From: Neodothiora populina | Lineage: Eukaryota | Direction of reading: 5' to 3' | DNA: 64,000 bases | Assembly (NCBI RefSeq): GCF_041146345.1 | Contig: NW_027191411.1 | Coordinates: forward strand, 682,001-746,000 | Notes under the pieces: model-generated | Databases searched by the model: none | What the model was told of the DNA's origin: nothing | Seen by the model: only the letters and a program-made list of their open reading frames with translations | Translations under genes and position numbers: made by a program | Part shown: positions 61,440-64,000 of the stretch, one piece after another | Layout of the letters: every line of letters begins with the position of its first letter | Numbering within the stretch: position 1 is the stretch's first letter

Positions 61440-63263
61440 TTATCGTGTGACTATGAACGGGCGTGCGTGGAAGAGGGAATGTAGACCTTTTTGTGCAGAT
61501 ACTATTTTTAGATTTAGGACGGTGACAGGGTGCTGTAGACTTGGAGAGCGATTGAGGAAAAAACTGGTTGAAATGTTCGTGGCAACGATTCGTGACACCT
61601 ACTCTTTATACCGACAAGACAGAAAGTCTGATAACCATGATAACAAAAAATCCGGGTGGAACGGAAAACGAAAGAGATCGAGAACTGGCCTTCGCCGCAC
61701 GTGTGACAAAAATCGCGCATAGTGTGCCTGACCCAAACAGCAAGAGTCTCCTGTCACTCGTGACCAGTCTTACAATCACACTATGCTCACACAAGATTAG
61801 CACAGAATCGTCGTAAGCATGTCAAAGGAGGGGCGAGGAGGGGAAGGGTGGGTGTGGGTGACAGTGGGCTACTAGGAACTAAACCATTCAACGAGCAAGA
61901 AAAAAAACGTGGCGAGAGGGGGCGGGCAAGCATGTTCGGTTTGATCCAAAGCAAAGGATAAAAACAAAATCCCAGCAACCAGCTTCTAGACCGAAGCTGG
62001 GCGCTTAGGAAAAGATAGTGGTGATTGTTGTGCATAGTGGCGTGACGGCGTCCCTGATTTGTTGTTTCTGGAATACCGCCTGGGAGGTCAAACAAACAAT
62101 CTGCCGTACGAGCCAAGAATCGCCCTCTGGACTGCAAGTCTACTGCATGATGATTTCAAACTGATTAGATACGCAGCTCAGGCAAAGATAGCACAGTGCA
62201 GAGATAGCAGCAGCTTTCAGGTGCCATTACTGCTGTACGTGTAGCTGCTTCGATATGCGAAATAAATCAATAAAGTGTTTTTCCTTTCAAGAGAGATGAA
62301 AAGCAAGATGGTGCGTCGGAACAACGCATGAAGTTCTCTGTGCGTACGTGGCTCTAGCCCTCGATCTTATATTCAAATGGTCGCCCTAGCCAAGGTCGAG
62401 ACCAGAACGCCTTGATATCGCAATCCCAATATATACAGATCACGGGTAAGACAAGAATCAAACGGAACCGCAGCATAGTGGAGCAGAGGAAAGATAACAC
62501 AGCGTCAGATCTGCATCAATGTGATATCGGGATAGATTTCTCCCATTTCCTTTCGGGGGGTTTCCCGACGCATCCGATTACTGGAATCTTCTTCTTTCTC
62601 ACATTCAGCTCTCAGATTTATATAAAGGCGCCGCGTATCACACTACTGCATGGTGCATATTGAAAGATTAAGTGCCGATTAAGCAAGCTTCGATTGCCTC
62701 TAATGGCAGCTGTCTAGTATCTCCCGATTTTGTCTCACAAGCTAATGCTCATGCGAAGATTCTTGACTCGTTTCTCGGACTTGACTGCGAATCGTCCAGG
62801 GCTGAGTTGGAGCAAGATCTTGTGTTGTTCTCTGTCCTCATTGCTCGTCTCTGGCCCGCACCGTAAACGTGGGAGTCGCACCCTCTTGGTCCTAACCAGG
62901 ACGAACCAGAAATTGTTCTATTGCCTTGATCTATCATGTCTTTGAAGGACCAATAACGTGGCGCATGGTATGATGGCTGGACAGCTGACAGATCTGACTG
63001 GGTGTCTGCACTACTTCATCTAAAGCCTGCGTATGATGGTCTTCTTATATGCCTTGCTTGCACAACTGCAATTGATACCACTGATCTTGTGCCTCGGGAA
63101 CAGTCGCTCCGCTTTCCCCCATAGTGTCAAGGGAGTAGAGAAAGATCACAGTCGTCAGTCGAAGAGGACGAGGATACATCAGAAGTATGCTCAGACAAGG
63201 TGCCAGTACTACCGGAGTATTGCGATGCTAGTAAACGATTCTTTTCATGCAACCGCACATGTT

Positions 63264-64000
63264 TTAGCCATGCACTTCTACGATGATGCCGACAAAGCTT
63301 TCCAAGCCAGCAGCACCCTTCTCACGACGATCTGCGTTGCTGAAGAAACCCGGACCACCACCAGGCATTACTAGCACCTGAGTATTAATCTCTACATATT
63401 CTTTCGCAGTTTCGAAATGTAGTGTGACCATGAGGAAAGGATCCGTAACCTCGTCAGCAGCAGCGTTGTCATGATCCTGCATAGGACTGACATTGCTTGG
63501 ATCACCTGTGCTTGACAGTATCTCCGGTGTAGGCAACTCAGACGGGTCAGGTGTTCTTGCAGATAGAATCCTCGCCGAGGCGCGGACACTTGCAATATAG
63601 AGCACCACCTGACTGCCCACTGCCAAAGAGCCCACGTCGGCTCTTTTGAAACGAGCAATGATGGTGGAAATCGATGAGGATGGACCATTACACAGCACCA
63701 TGCCCTTGCGGATTTTGAGATAAGCAAGCAGATGGTCATCATTCGACTCAGTCAGTCGTAGTCCTATCGTTCCGATTTGATCTGCGTAAAGTGTAGTGAC
63801 AGGTAATCGTAGATTTCTGATACTTGTTATAACAACAGAACGCCACTCTTGCTCTGATACCTTATCCTTCGGACTGAGCGGATCGGATCCTTTCAATGCG
63901 CCTGGAAAGGATCTCGAGGTCAGGAGCGATTTAGAATGAACAGGTCGTTGTTGTCCATCGGAATCTTCGGACTCGTCCAGACTGGAGGAGAAAGGCCCTA
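63264..64000 (-). CDS. GTPBP1/2-like translational GTPase, C-terminal part (5' end outside the window)
   Basis: GPF, WRSVVITSIRNLRLPV, IRKGMVL, VVLYIASVRASA, EYVEINTQVLVMPGGG; frame open to the window edge. Confidence 0.75.
   Translation of the reverse strand, partial: GPFSSSLDESEDSDGQQRPVHSKSLLTSRSFPGALKGSDPLSPKDKVSEQEWRSVVITSIRNLRLPVTTLYADQIGTIGLRLTESNDDHLLAYLKIRKGMVLCNGPSSSISTIIARFKRADVGSLAVGSQVVLYIASVRASARILSARTPDPSELPTPEILSSTGDPSNVSPMQDHDNAAADEVTDPFLMVTLHFETAKEYVEINTQVLVMPGGGPGFFSNADRREKGAAGLESFVGIIVEVHG

Noticed and set aside
1..64000. Transposons, LTRs, Starship elements, CRISPR arrays, secondary-metabolite clusters
   Set aside because: No transposase, RT, integrase, tyrosine recombinase, PKS/NRPS motifs, long AT-rich RIP blocks or regular spacer arrays were seen.

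Overview
Gene-dense filamentous-ascomycete (Pezizomycotina, probably Dothideomycete-like; inferred) chromosomal DNA with short GT-AG introns. Recognisable genes: PPR-like protein, GH95 alpha-L-fucosidase, integral membrane protein, GH47 alpha-1,2-mannosidase, CCT6, NOP56, TAN1-like THUMP protein, NrtA/CrnA nitrate transporter with NirA/AreA sites, DUF952, BNA6 (QPRTase), MIC26/27, OCT1, App1-like phosphatase, GRH1, LETM1-like, CRAL-TRIO and a partial GTPBP1/2-like gene. Orphan and decaying ORFs lie between them. No transposon, tRNA or rRNA could be supported. Most notable: (1) a highly self-complementary ~1 kb non-coding interval after TAN1 carrying CCTAACCCTAAC, a telomerase-RNA candidate; (2) one in-frame TAG just after the signal peptide of an otherwise intact App1-like gene; (3) two tandem 27-codon micro-ORFs upstream of the LETM1-like gene; (4) two conserved genes broken by the same kind of C6-to-C5 run shortening, probably assembly errors; (5) a pair of diverged paralogues. 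All calls were made by eye; no searches were run.
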